From Candidatus Saccharimonadota bacterium (GTDB lineage: Bacteria; Patescibacteriota; Saccharimonadia; Saccharimonadales; Saccharimonadaceae): 64,000 nt of DNA. The stretch spans positions 2,050-66,049 of the forward strand of contig JAFONX010000011.1 of NCBI GenBank assembly GCA_017418275.1, written 5' to 3'. Both the position numbers and the translations under genes were made by a program. Under the pieces are notes generated by a model. It searched no databases. It had not been told where the DNA came from and was given only the letters and a program-made list of their open reading frames with translations. The first letter of the stretch is position 1. The number at the start of each line of letters is the position of its first letter. Shown here piece by piece: positions 44,995 through 54,619 of this stretch.

Positions 44995-46302
44995 TTAGAG
45001 TTTCTCCTTTCCATCTAAATATTTACGAAGCACGGTTGGAATAGTGACCGTATAATCCTCGTTCTGATAATTCTCGATGACTGCAACCATTGCACGACCT
45101 AGAGCGAATGCGGTGGCATCGTTCGTATGAACGAGCTCAACCTCGCCTTCTGCGCGGCGTACACGAGTGCCTAGGCGGCGTGATTGGTAATCAGTCATGT
45201 AATCAGCAGTATGAGTTTCGCGGTACTTGTCCTGACCTGGCATCCAGACTTCGATGTCGATACCACGCGCGTCAGGCTTACCGATGTCGTAAGTGCACTT
45301 ACGGATCACGCGATATGGAAGCTCGAGTTGTTCGACCAACCAGCGCTGAATCGCAACAAAGAATTCGTGCTCACTGCGGCTAGTCTCTTTGGTCGTGAAG
45401 CTTTCCATTTCGAGTTTATCGAACTGATGCATACGAATAATGCCTTCCATGTCCTTGCCATAAGTACCGGCCTCTTCGCGGAAGCTTGTAGCGTAGCCAA
45501 GATAGCGGATTGGAAGCTCTTTCTCTTCAAAGATTTCACCCTGGTGCATTGAACCAAGAACATGCTCGGCGCTACCCTGAAGCCAGAGTTCCTGACCTTC
45601 GATCTTGTAGCGGTCTTCGCGCGGCTCAAGGCGATCCATCGCGTCGTACATCTCTGTGCGAAGCATGAGTGGTGGCAAGACTAGAGTGAATGGCTTAGTC
45701 GAAACGTCTTTGAGCTTATTCTTCTTTATAATTTCCTTAATGACGTTTTCGTCCGTTAAGCTATTCATGACAAAGTTCACAATCGCCATCTGCAGTTTGA
45801 CCATGTCGCCCTTGATGTAAGCAAAGCGAGAACCAGTCACCTTGGCGGCGCGTTCCTTGTCTAGCCAACCACGCTCCTGCGCGAGTTCGTAATGCGTGCG
45901 AGGAGTAAAATCGAATTTGGTAGGCTCACCGCAAACTTCGGCTACTTCGTTTTCGTCTTCGGAAAGCCCCACTGGAACATCATCTTCAGGAATGTTTGGA
46001 ACAGTTTTAAGCTTCGAGATAAAGCTAGCTTCAACTTCAGTCAACTTTGGTTCGATTTCGGCGAGTTGCTTCTTGAGCTTCTTGCCCTGCTCAATTAGAG
46101 CAGCATCGGGCTTACCGTTTTTCATCTTTGCAGAGATTTCGTTGCGATCATGACGCAACTTGTCTGCCTCCATTGCGAGTTTCTTGCGCTCGTCATCAAG
46201 CTTTAAAATCTCGCCGAGGTCGATTTCGTCGCCGTAACCCTTATTACGGATCGCATCCTCCACCTTGTTCTGATTTGCCCGGATATAATTGATATCTAGC
46301 AT
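44995..46302 (-). CDS. serS: Serine--tRNA ligase
   Basis: MLDINYIRAN followed by an N-terminal coiled-coil arm. The class II motifs are FREEAG, RMHQFDKLEM and TNDATAFALGRAMVAVIENYQ. Confidence 0.93.
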   Translation of the reverse strand: MLDINYIRANQNKVEDAIRNKGYGDEIDLGEILKLDDERKKLAMEADKLRHDRNEISAKMKNGKPDAALIEQGKKLKKQLAEIEPKLTEVEASFISKLKTVPNIPEDDVPVGLSEDENEVAEVCGEPTKFDFTPRTHYELAQERGWLDKERAAKVTGSRFAYIKGDMVKLQMAIVNFVMNSLTDENVIKEIIKKNKLKDVSTKPFTLVLPPLMLRTEMYDAMDRLEPREDRYKIEGQELWLQGSAEHVLGSMHQGEIFEEKELPIRYLGYATSFREEAGTYGKDMEGIIRMHQFDKLEMESFTTKETSRSEHEFFVAIQRWLVEQLELPYRVIRKCTYDIGKPDARGIDIEVWMPGQDKYRETHTADYMTDYQSRRLGTRVRRAEGEVELVHTNDATAFALGRAMVAVIENYQNEDYTVTIPTVLRKYLDGKEKL

Positions 46303-46421
46303 AATACTTTTATTTTAGCATGTTTTATCTGTTATAGACACATATGCCAAGGTTTTTGGCGCCTTTTTTGTTATAATATGCTTATGGTAACAGCTAGGAC
46401 TGTTTCGAATAATTTGTAATT

Positions 46422-46772
46422 ATGGACAAAAAACTCAAAAATTACATCAAGGAAGCCGAAGAGCTGGCTAAAAAACCTACGAAGGAAAAGCGCGAGTATC
46501 ATTTCATGATGCTTGAGACTTTTAAACACGAAAGGCTCATTCATTTACTTGTGACGCTGTTCTTCGCGACCTTTTTGATTCTATTCTTTTTCGCTTTTCT
46601 TTATTTTGCGATTTTTACAAGTGATGCCGAGCTATTAAGCTATTGTCTCGGGACTGTCACCCTCGCCCTCACGGTTACCGAGGTATTATATGCGCGCCAT
46701 TATTATTTGCTCGAAAACGGTTGCCAAAAACTGGAAGATATCTCTAAAAAGTTTTACAACATCAAAGATTAG
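46422..46772 (+). CDS. Hypothetical two-TM membrane protein (116 aa)
   Basis: Two clear hydrophobic helices; no motif recognised. Confidence 0.5.
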   Translation: MDKKLKNYIKEAEELAKKPTKEKREYHFMMLETFKHERLIHLLVTLFFATFLILFFFAFLYFAIFTSDAELLSYCLGTVTLALTVTEVLYARHYYLLENGCQKLEDISKKFYNIKD

Positions 46773-46832
46773 CGAATCTCTCTCCTTAGGACTTTACTCT
46801 GGGGGTGAAATCTGTTATAATGGGTCGTAATT

Positions 46833-47162
46833 ATGAAAGAAGCAATCCAACCAAAAGACTATCGTTTTGTGGTCTTTGCCGATGAACAGGCAAAGTTTTC
46901 TTTCCTAACGCGCTCGACCGCTAAGTCGGAAGAGACCATTAAGTGGACGGATGGCAAGGAATATCCGCTCGTAAAGATTCAGATTTCGAGCGCATCTCAC
47001 CCATTCTTCACTGGTGAGGAAAAGATCATCGATACCGAAGGTCGCGTCGACCGCTTCAAGGCTCGCGCAAAGAAAGCTGCAGCTCTCCGCAACACCCTCG
47101 GCAACAAGGTCACCAAAGCGAAGAAAGAAGCCGAAAAGAAGGCCGCAAAAGCCGAGAAATAG
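46833..47162 (+). CDS. rpmE2: 50S ribosomal protein L31 type B (no zinc ribbon) with a Lys-rich C-terminal extension
   Basis: [23 protein letters not shown] is the L31 signature. The CxxC pair is absent, which defines type B. Confidence 0.88.
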   Translation: MKEAIQPKDYRFVVFADEQAKFSFLTRSTAKSEETIKWTDGKEYPLVKIQISSASHPFFTGEEKIIDTEGRVDRFKARAKKAAALRNTLGNKVTKAKKEAEKKAAKAEK

Positions 47163-47176
47163 GCAATTTAACAAAG

Positions 47177-47199
47177 ACTCCCACATCTGGGAGTTTTTT
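47177..47199 (+). terminator. Rho-independent terminator after rpmE2
   Basis: actccca-catc-tgggagt followed by ttttt. Confidence 0.85.
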
Positions 47200-47298
47200 G
47201 CGTGCTTCATTCTATTGACATACTTATTAATTAATTGTATTATATTAGAATGCGCCTGCCGAAAGGCGTAAATCTGTTTTTTAAGGAGAGATATCCTT

Positions 47299-47895
47299 AT
47301 GATGAACCTTTCAGTTTTTGAGTTTGCAGGAAAAATAATTACCGCAGTGCAGCAGAAGGCCAAAGACATCGGTATCACTCAGGGTGCCGTATCGGTCTGC
47401 TTCTCACCCTGCTCTGGTAAAGCCGCAGACTGGCTTGGCACAGATGCCGACATCTCGATTACAAAGCCCGTCACAGGCACCAGTACAATCTATCGCGAAA
47501 ATGGGATTGAGTTCGGTGATTGCTTTGGTATTGTTGCCGAGAAAATCGCAGCCGCCAAAAAGGTCCTGATGATTGCGACGAACGACCATTTCCAGCCGCG
47601 AGATCGTACAGAACTCGTGTCTGGCTCACTGCCCGAAGTCTGCGTTGGTGACGGCAGAGTTGCCTGGAAGGGATGCGTTGCATACCCGATCGGTTATCAT
47701 GTAGGCTACCCCTGCGAGAATTCCGGAGCCGACGCAATGACGATTTTCGTCTCCGTTAGCGGAGGCAAAGAGGAGGATGACGAGAAGGCCGCTTGGGCCG
47801 CACTGCCCGTAATTCGCGAGATTATCAACGACAATCACGCAAACGGCTGGATACTCGCTCGTATTCTCTGGGAAGTTCACGAACCGACTAAATAA
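47299..47895 (+). CDS. Hypothetical soluble protein (198 aa), no family recognised
   Basis: SD aaggagag. The gene has its own promoter (TTGACA, 17 nt, TATTAT), a short hairpin plus U-run in the leader, and a strong terminator downstream. Confidence 0.55.
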   Translation: MMNLSVFEFAGKIITAVQQKAKDIGITQGAVSVCFSPCSGKAADWLGTDADISITKPVTGTSTIYRENGIEFGDCFGIVAEKIAAAKKVLMIATNDHFQPRDRTELVSGSLPEVCVGDGRVAWKGCVAYPIGYHVGYPCENSGADAMTIFVSVSGGKEEDDEKAAWAALPVIREIINDNHANGWILARILWEVHEPTK

Positions 47896-47919
47896 TTTAG
47901 ATTTCGGCAAACTAACACT

Positions 47920-47953
47920 CCCTCGACCGCAAGGTCGGGGGCTTTTCTTTTTT
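47920..47953 (+). terminator. Rho-independent terminator
   Basis: ccctcgacc-gcaa-ggtcggggg followed by cttttctttttt. Confidence 0.85.
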
Positions 47954-47968
47954 GATATAATATTTCTA

Positions 47969-48634
47969 ATGAAACTATTGCTTCATACTTGTTGTGCGCC
48001 CTGTAGTGTTTATTGCATTAAAACTTTACGCGCCGAAAAGATAGAGCCGACTCTGTACTGGTACAATCCTAATATTCATCCTTATACAGAATACAAGGCA
48101 AGGCGAAACTGTTTGGTCGAATATGCAAAGACTAAAAAAGTTGAGCTGATTCTTGAGGATGCCTATGGCCTAGATGAGTTTTGCAAGAATGTCGCAGATA
48201 AGATTACAACGCGCTGTCGAGACTACTGCTACCCGAAGCGTCTGAGGCAGGTTTTTCAGTACGCCAAAGAGCATGGTTTCGATACAGTTTCGACAACTTT
48301 GCTTTATAGTATCTACCAACAACACGATTACATCGCAGAGTTAATGGACAAGTTGGCCGAGGAGTTTGGCGTGGCGTTTTTATACCGAGATTTTCGCGAA
48401 GGTTGGCAAGAAGGTCAAGACGAAGCACGGGCTGCCGGATTATATATGCAGAAGTATTGTGGCTGCGTTTTCTCCGAAGAAGAATCGATGATTGGGCGCG
48501 AGATTGGACGCAAGATGCTTGCCAAGGGCGTTTCGCCAACCAATGCAAACGTACGCAGTATTATTGAAGCCGAAAAAATTGATGGCTTAGTCGTGCCGGG
48601 TGCACTCAAAAAGAGCCTCTCGCGGGAGGCTTAG
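47969..48634 (+). CDS. queH: Epoxyqueuosine reductase QueH (DUF208)
   Basis: MKLLLHTCCAPCS...WYNPNIHPYTEY...YCGCVFSE are the characteristic Cys clusters of QueH. TGaTATAAT lies 7 nt before the ATG. Confidence 0.85.
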   Translation: MKLLLHTCCAPCSVYCIKTLRAEKIEPTLYWYNPNIHPYTEYKARRNCLVEYAKTKKVELILEDAYGLDEFCKNVADKITTRCRDYCYPKRLRQVFQYAKEHGFDTVSTTLLYSIYQQHDYIAELMDKLAEEFGVAFLYRDFREGWQEGQDEARAAGLYMQKYCGCVFSEEESMIGREIGRKMLAKGVSPTNANVRSIIEAEKIDGLVVPGALKKSLSREA

Positions 48635-49587
48635 CGCTTTTTGTATTTCTTCACAAGTTTCTCAATTTTGTTCTGATAATACAAGCCACAAACTAGACGG
48701 AAGGCTCCCCAGCCCATCAATAAAACAGACGCCAAGATTATTGGAAGGTAGAAACCGCCTTTCATGAACGAGAAGATCAAAGCCGCAGCCCCAAACGCAA
48801 TAAGAATAGCGCCACCACCGGCGGTATTATTGGCTTGTCGCTCAGCTTCTTCAAGTTCCGCCCAGATATCAAAGCCGAGACGATTCGGTTTTGGTTGAAC
48901 TTCGTAGGATTCTTTAGTGTCATATTCCTCGAAAAAGAGGACCATATCGCGGCTATCGTAGTATTTTTTCACAAAGCGCGCTTTCGAAGACTGTCCTTTC
49001 GTAATGCGCTCATAGGCTTTTTGGATTTTTTCGAATTTTATCGCATCACCACCACGATCTGGGTGGTTTTCTTTGACTTTATCGCGATAGGCTTTCTTGA
49101 TTTCGTCCTGAGAAGCGTCGGTTTTGATGCCAAGAAGGTCATAATCACTATTTTTAGAACCACCTAGTACCGCAAGACCTATGCCAATTTCGTACCTCGT
49201 ACCATTTTTGCCATTTTGTACACTCCAAAAACCTTCCCTGTCGCCAAGCGCACTAGCGCGATATCCTTTACTGCGAAGAAGCTTATGGGCATAGTTTACG
49301 GCGTATTTACGATTTACAAAGCGACGGGTTTCGACTATCTTCTCGTCTTTGGCTATTTTAAGATCGTAGCGTACGTCGGCGTCTGCTTGGAGTTCTATGC
49401 GAATATTAAAATCTCGGCCATCTTTCAGAAGCATCCTAAAACAATCCGGCGCATAGCTACCAAAGTCGGCGATTTTGACATTCGCCGCATCAATACAATC
49501 ATTTAAATAGCCTAAAGCGTCGCCATAAGACGAAAAACCCGTCGCGGCTTCAAGACCTTTTGTAGCAAATGTGACTAAATATTTCAT
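48631..49587 (-). CDS. J-domain protein with an unknown N-terminal domain and C-terminal membrane anchor (318 aa)
   Basis: The J domain is DYDLLGIKTDASQDEIKKAYRDKVKENHPDRGGD (HPD motif). Two C-terminal TM helices are present. Confidence 0.7.
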   Translation of the reverse strand: MKYLVTFATKGLEAATGFSSYGDALGYLNDCIDAANVKIADFGSYAPDCFRMLLKDGRDFNIRIELQADADVRYDLKIAKDEKIVETRRFVNRKYAVNYAHKLLRSKGYRASALGDREGFWSVQNGKNGTRYEIGIGLAVLGGSKNSDYDLLGIKTDASQDEIKKAYRDKVKENHPDRGGDAIKFEKIQKAYERITKGQSSKARFVKKYYDSRDMVLFFEEYDTKESYEVQPKPNRLGFDIWAELEEAERQANNTAGGGAILIAFGAAALIFSFMKGGFYLPIILASVLLMGWGAFRLVCGLYYQNKIEKLVKKYKKR

Positions 49588-49726
49588 CTTTTCCTGGCGC
49601 CAAAAAATTGCAGTAGTTTGTTAGTATTATACAATAATCAGTCAGTTTGTCAATCTATATTGAATATTTTGCACTCGAAAAAAGAGACCGAATTGATTTT
49701 TGTTGCATATTATTCTAAACTGTAAA

Positions 49727-49743
49727 TTGAAAATCATTTTCAA
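49727..49743. promoter_or_regulatory. Fur-family (Zur-type) operator palindrome upstream of zur-znuACB
   Basis: TTGAAAAT-c-ATTTTCAA is a perfect 8+8 inverted repeat ending 6 nt before the zur ATG. Confidence 0.65.
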
Positions 49744-49749
49744 ATTCAA

Positions 49750-50139
49750 ATGTCCAACGAGAAATACAATACCAAACCCCGTCAGAAAGTCTTAGCCGCA
49801 ATCAAGAAGCAGGTGAAAGATTTTACTGCGAAAAGCATTTATGAAGATTTGAATGAGGAGATTGGCCTTACGACCATCTACCGTTTTATCGAATCACTTG
49901 AAGCAGAGGGCATTATTCTGAAAGTTTCCCAAGAGGACAACACGGCGAGATATCAATACATCACGCCTTGCGAGGACACAGACCACTTTTATCTTAAATG
50001 TAAAAAGTGTGGCAAGCTAGAACATGTTGACTGCGAGAAGATGCATGGCTTAGCCGAACACATCGCCAACGAGCATCATTTTAGTCTTACGCAAACACAT
50101 ATTATTATTAACGGCCAATGCGAAAAGTGCGCGGGTTAG
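49750..50139 (+). CDS. zur: Fur-family metalloregulator, probably Zur
   Basis: A winged-helix N-terminus is followed by HFYLKCKKCGK...NGQCEKCA (two CxxC pairs). It is the first gene of a zinc-type ABC uptake operon. Confidence 0.75.
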   Translation: MSNEKYNTKPRQKVLAAIKKQVKDFTAKSIYEDLNEEIGLTTIYRFIESLEAEGIILKVSQEDNTARYQYITPCEDTDHFYLKCKKCGKLEHVDCEKMHGLAEHIANEHHFSLTQTHIIINGQCEKCAG

Positions 50140-50142
50140 CAG

Positions 50143-51078
50143 ATGAAAAGAAATATTAAATTATTAGTCATACTGGCATTAATTCTGCTTGCAGGCTTCG
50201 GGATTATTGTAGGAATTAGCAATTCGCAAAAACAGAGCGAAAAACCCACAATCGTTACAACGAATTTTCCGGCTTACGATTTTACACGCGCCATTGCGGG
50301 CGATAAGGTTGAAATCAAAATGCTTCTAAAGCCTGGCACCGAGATGCACGATTACGAACCGAGCCCTAGCGATATTATTGATATTCAAAAAAGCAAACTC
50401 TTCGTCTATAACGGTGGCGAATCCGACGAATGGGTAGAGGAAATCTTAGAAAGCCTCGAACCTAATAAGACTCTCAAAATGACAGACGCCGTCGAACTTG
50501 TCGAAGAAGAAGTCGTTGAAGGCATGGAGACTCAAACGGACGAGGAACCAGAGTTTGACGAGCATGTTTGGACTAGTCCAAAAAATGCCAAAAAAATCGT
50601 CAATCATATCAAAGATGCATTGGTTGAAATTTTTCCAGAAGACAGAGCGAGTTTCGAGCAAAATGCAGCAGATTACACCGTCAAGCTCGATGAGCTAGAT
50701 AATAAATTTCAGAGAATCGTAGACAATGGCAAGCGCAAAACAATTGTTTTCGGAGACCGCTTCCCGCTTCGTTATTTCGCTGACGAATACGGTCTAGACT
50801 ATTACGCTGCCTTCCCTGGTTGTTCTGAGCAAAACGAGGCTAGCAGCGCCACGGTCGCCTTTCTGGTAGACAAAGTTAAGTCCGAAGAAATACCAGTTGT
50901 TTTTAAAATCGAAATGAGTAGTAGCAAACTCGCGCAGACTATTGCAAATGAAGCTGGCGCTAAGGTCCTCACCTTTCATTCCGCGCACAATATTTCCGTT
51001 GACGACTTCAATGCAGGCGCGACTTATGTAGATATTATGGAACAAAATCTCACAGTATTAGAGGAGGCGTTACAATAA
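50143..51078 (+). CDS. znuA: Metal (Zn/Mn) ABC transporter substrate-binding protein, cluster A-I (ZnuA/TroA-like)
   Basis: N-terminal anchor, HDYEPSPSD and DEHVWTSP metal-ligand blocks, and an acidic loop (ETQTDEEPEFDEH). Confidence 0.8.
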   Translation: MKRNIKLLVILALILLAGFGIIVGISNSQKQSEKPTIVTTNFPAYDFTRAIAGDKVEIKMLLKPGTEMHDYEPSPSDIIDIQKSKLFVYNGGESDEWVEEILESLEPNKTLKMTDAVELVEEEVVEGMETQTDEEPEFDEHVWTSPKNAKKIVNHIKDALVEIFPEDRASFEQNAADYTVKLDELDNKFQRIVDNGKRKTIVFGDRFPLRYFADEYGLDYYAAFPGCSEQNEASSATVAFLVDKVKSEEIPVVFKIEMSSSKLAQTIANEAGAKVLTFHSAHNISVDDFNAGATYVDIMEQNLTVLEEALQ

Positions 51079-51749
51079 TGAGCCTTATATCAGTATCAAA
51101 AGTTAAAATTGGTTACAATAATATTCCAGTTGTAGATAAGCTTAGTTTTGATATTAATGAAAAAGATTTCATTTGTATTGTAGGCCCAAATGGTAGTGGT
51201 AAAACTACTCTAATCCGCGGCATTCTTGGGCTAATTCCAGTCATGTCCGGCAAGATTACTTTTAGTCTAAACGAAAATCAAATTGGTTACATGCCACAAG
51301 AAACTACGGTAGACGCAAATTTTCCTGCCTCAGTGTTCGAAATTGTTCTATCTGGCTCACTCAACAAACCCGGGATTTTCTATAACACAGAAACCAAAAA
51401 CCGCGCCTCAGAAACCCTCAAGATGCTTGGCATCAGTAAGCTAGAAAAACAGAGCTTCTCGGAGCTTTCAGGTGGGCAAAGACAGAAGGTTTTACTCGCT
51501 CGCGCCTTAATGGCGACGGATAAACTATTATTTTTAGATGAACCGTCCAACAATTTAGACCAGAAATCTAAAGAAAGTTTGTATGAATTAGTACAAAAAT
51601 TGAATGCCGAGCACGGCATTACAATTGTAATGGTGACGCACGATTTGGATCACGGAAATTTGATCGGTAACAAGATTCTTTCCCTTGCGCCGAAGGATTA
51701 CTTCTTCGGTACAACTGAAGAATACGTTAGAAAGGTACATCATGAATAG
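51078..51749 (+). CDS. znuC: Metal ABC transporter ATP-binding protein
   Basis: GPNGSGKTT, LSGGQRQKVLLARAL and LLFLDEP. The start overlaps the znuA stop. Confidence 0.85.
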   Translation: MSLISVSKVKIGYNNIPVVDKLSFDINEKDFICIVGPNGSGKTTLIRGILGLIPVMSGKITFSLNENQIGYMPQETTVDANFPASVFEIVLSGSLNKPGIFYNTETKNRASETLKMLGISKLEKQSFSELSGGQRQKVLLARALMATDKLLFLDEPSNNLDQKSKESLYELVQKLNAEHGITIVMVTHDLDHGNLIGNKILSLAPKDYFFGTTEEYVRKVHHE

Positions 51750-52554
51750 TTTACTCGAGATGTTTTCGTTTGGTTTTATGATGCGTGCCTTAATTGTAGG
51801 TAGCCTAATATCCCTCTCGGCCGCCTTAGTCGGCACGCCGCTTGTTCTCAAAAAGAATTCCATGCTCGGAGATGGCTTATCCCACGTGGCTTTCGGTGCC
51901 TTTGCGCTAGCCTCCGTACTCGGCTTTGCGCCACTTTGGGTCGCAATTCCGATTGTAATCATAGCTTCATTCTTCGTATTGAGAATAAACGAGAATTCAA
52001 AGATTCATGGCGATTCAGCCGTCGCTTTAATGTCGGCAAGCGCGCTTGCAATCGGCACTTTTATCGCGTCGCTTGCAGGAACGAATACAGATATTAACAG
52101 TTATCTTTTTGGTAGCATTCTATCTGTAAGTGAGACGGAGGTTTTCTTGGCGCTTGGATTATTTATGACCGTTATTATAATTTATGTTTTGTTTCACAAT
52201 AAGATTTTTGCCCTGACTTTCGATGAAAAGTTCGCGCGCGCGATTGGCATTAATACGAAGCTTTACAATGCAATCTTTGCGATTCTTTGTTCAGTTTTGA
52301 TCGTGCTTGGCATGCGTTTAATGGGCGCGCTCCTGATTTCTAGCCTCATTATCTTCCCGACCCTTTCTGCACAAACAATTTTCAAGAACTTCAAGCTTGT
52401 TACGATTGTAGGGGCAATTTTAGCGGTCGTAAACTTTGTGCTAGGACTCATAATATCTTACCTCTGCGAAACTCCGACAGGCGCAACGGTTGTAATTGTG
52501 AACTTATTTACGCTTGTAGTTTTAAAGATTTTAAACCGACTTATTAAAAAATGA
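51742..52554 (+). CDS. znuB: Metal ABC transporter permease
   Basis: Start at ATG 51742 (MNSLLEMFSF), overlapping the znuC stop region. The product is polytopic and ABC-3 family-like. The longer ORF from 51685 lies inside znuC. Confidence 0.8.
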   Translation: MNSLLEMFSFGFMMRALIVGSLISLSAALVGTPLVLKKNSMLGDGLSHVAFGAFALASVLGFAPLWVAIPIVIIASFFVLRINENSKIHGDSAVALMSASALAIGTFIASLAGTNTDINSYLFGSILSVSETEVFLALGLFMTVIIIYVLFHNKIFALTFDEKFARAIGINTKLYNAIFAILCSVLIVLGMRLMGALLISSLIIFPTLSAQTIFKNFKLVTIVGAILAVVNFVLGLIISYLCETPTGATVVIVNLFTLVVLKILNRLIKK

Positions 52555-52576
52555 AAAAGCGCCCACTTGGGGCGCT
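52554..52576. terminator. Terminator hairpin between convergent znuB and the lysozyme-like gene
   Basis: aaaaa-agcgccc-acttg-gggcgct. The T-run is better on the minus strand. Confidence 0.7.
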
Positions 52577-52594
52577 TGGAGAAATTGAATGAGA

Positions 52595-53440
52595 TTAGCC
52601 GGCGAAGTACTCGTACCACTTGCGCGCATACTCGCGGCGTGAATCCGTAGCCTGGTACAACTCGCCACAATACGGTGAGTAGTATTCGACCGGGCTCCAC
52701 CCGTCGACTGCTCTCTCGTAATGCACGAGGAATATTTCAGCGGCCAGTTCCGGACTATCTGCTGTTCGAAGCTCAGACATCCAGGTAGGATCCTCTTCGT
52801 CCATAGTGTAATCCAATAGGATATCCATGTACGTCTCAAAATCCTCCTTGCTGTCGAAGGCGCTCTCGCCAAAGCCCCAATACTCGGGAGCAGCATACTT
52901 GCCAACTCCAGCAGCATCAAAGGCGGCGAACATTTCGTCGCGCTGCGGATAATCCATTAGCTGGAATAGGCCAAATCCTCCGCCCTCAACGCCGCGCGAA
53001 GGTTCAAGACCACTCTCGGCTTCGGCATTACCGATAATGCCGGCGATCTGCGCGGTAGTATAACCTTTCGCGCTAAAGTACGCGTAGATTTTTTCCGCTA
53101 CGAGCTCATCCGTGAGCTCAAAGGGCTCTTCGGTAACCTCCTCGACGATTGCTTCGGTATGATCCGGATCGGAATCGGTTGCTTCGGCGGTCGTCTCGAC
53201 GGATTCCGCAGTCAAAACAGTTTCCTTCGGGGCAGACTCTTTGCCGAGGGCAACAGTTTCCACCTCCCTAGCTCGCATAGCCTCGCTCGGATGCTCGACT
53301 ACATATACGTAAGGCGACGCCTCGTCGCTAGTATCCGGAAGATCAGATACATGCTCCTTTTCGCCATAGGCATTCAGGGCAAAGCCCTGTACCAATATTG
53401 CTAGAGTTGCGCCTGCTAGTACGACTATTGGTTTCCTCAT
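52595..53440 (-). CDS. Secreted protein with a phage-tail-lysozyme-like (Phage_lysozyme2-type) domain
   Basis: Signal peptide MRKPIVVLAGATLAILVQGFALNAYG. The core IAGIIGNAEAESGLEPS...GGGFGLFQL resembles the GNxxxESGxxP...GxGxxQW blocks of that family. Consensus promoter (TTGACA, 17 nt, TATAAT) and SD aaggagag. Confidence 0.5.
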   Translation of the reverse strand: MRKPIVVLAGATLAILVQGFALNAYGEKEHVSDLPDTSDEASPYVYVVEHPSEAMRAREVETVALGKESAPKETVLTAESVETTAEATDSDPDHTEAIVEEVTEEPFELTDELVAEKIYAYFSAKGYTTAQIAGIIGNAEAESGLEPSRGVEGGGFGLFQLMDYPQRDEMFAAFDAAGVGKYAAPEYWGFGESAFDSKEDFETYMDILLDYTMDEEDPTWMSELRTADSPELAAEIFLVHYERAVDGWSPVEYYSPYCGELYQATDSRREYARKWYEYFAG

Positions 53441-53562
53441 TTTTTAATCTCTCCTTAAAGAACTATAATTTCGCGTTATGCACGCGATCAGCATTATTTA
53501 TTATAGCACAAATAAGCATAACTGTCAATACTCGCGCTGTAGTTATCAGGAATTACGGCAAG

Positions 53563-53593
53563 AAAAAGCCCCCACGCGCAATGCGAGGGGGGC
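53563..53593 (-). terminator. Rho-independent terminator of the 53618-53992 gene
   Basis: gcccccc...gggggc hairpin on the minus strand followed by ttttt. Confidence 0.75.
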
Positions 53594-53617
53594 ACAAGAG
53601 TACGGCGAATGACTGTA

Positions 53618-53992
53618 TTAATGGACGGATCGCTCCAGTGTCACACAATTACAACACTGATTGCAAGTGAAGCGATCGATGCAGTTCTCACACGAACTAT
53701 CCGCGCGAGCCTTTTTTCCCAGCAGACAATCGCACACATCCTCCACTAAAACTCTTTGTTCTTTACGGGAAAGGCTCTCACCGTTCTTATTACAGTAACC
53801 AGTGGTCGAAATTCTCGCAATGAGCTCTATCACCCATGATACAAGGGCGCTTTTTTCAGAGTCTGTCATAGGTGCGTCTGACGGAAGCTTACCATTTTCG
53901 GTCGTATTGCTCAGCATTACCCTTGCTACGGGACCGTTGGCTGCGAAGCAAACCTCCCTGCTCCCAACTTTTGTTCGTATTTCCTTTATCAA
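53618..53992 (-). CDS. Hypothetical Cys-rich protein (124 aa, TTG start)
   Basis: SD aaggaggt lies 7 nt before the TTG. The C-terminal cluster is CDCLLGKK...CENCIDRFTCNQCCNC. Confidence 0.5.
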   Translation of the reverse strand: MIKEIRTKVGSREVCFAANGPVARVMLSNTTENGKLPSDAPMTDSEKSALVSWVIELIARISTTGYCNKNGESLSRKEQRVLVEDVCDCLLGKKARADSSCENCIDRFTCNQCCNCVTLERSVH

Positions 53993-54209
53993 TTACAAGA
54001 CCTCCTTAAGATTTCTCTCGCGCATGTGTCTAAAAGTGGTCAACTGCACATACCCGAATGTCAATGCTATGCTTACGAAAAGCACTGGCATTCGAGTATG
54101 TAAATCGTACTCATTTTTTGAAGGAACTGTTCATTTTTTAAAAACGAATATATTATGTATATCATATTTATTATGTCAAGTCAATAGTTTTTTATGGTAA
54201 AATGTAATT

Positions 54210-54593
54210 ATGAAAATCGTTGAGAAAAAGTGCCCAAACTGCGGCGCTAGTCTAGACTTCAAGGTTGGCGAGCGCGACATAGTCTGTAGCCATTGTCGTC
54301 GCAAATTTGCCGTCAAATACGACGGCGTGGACTTTGCGAAATTGAGCGCGGACGAAGTAAATTCGTTAAAAGACGTCAATATCGACCTCAAGCCGTTTCG
54401 TAATTTCTTTATCACGGCCGCAATTATCTTCGTTATTGTTTCAGCCCTTTCTATAACTCTTTTTGTCGGAATATTCGTGTTTATCGCTTCTAAAGTTAAG
54501 TCAGCCGCGGATGAGCAATTCCAACAGACCGTTCAGGACAATCAGGAGTGGATCGACCAACAATCCAAATACAGAACGCTCAATAACTTCTAA
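54210..54593 (+). CDS. Zinc-ribbon membrane protein, hypothetical (127 aa)
   Basis: N-terminal CPNCG...CSHCRR zinc ribbon and a central TM (ITAAIIFVIVSALSITLFVGIFVFI). TGgTAAAAT lies 6 nt before the ATG. Confidence 0.55.
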   Translation: MKIVEKKCPNCGASLDFKVGERDIVCSHCRRKFAVKYDGVDFAKLSADEVNSLKDVNIDLKPFRNFFITAAIIFVIVSALSITLFVGIFVFIASKVKSAADEQFQQTVQDNQEWIDQQSKYRTLNNF

Positions 54594-54619
54594 TTGTTTA
54601 TCTTATAAAAGGAGTAAAA

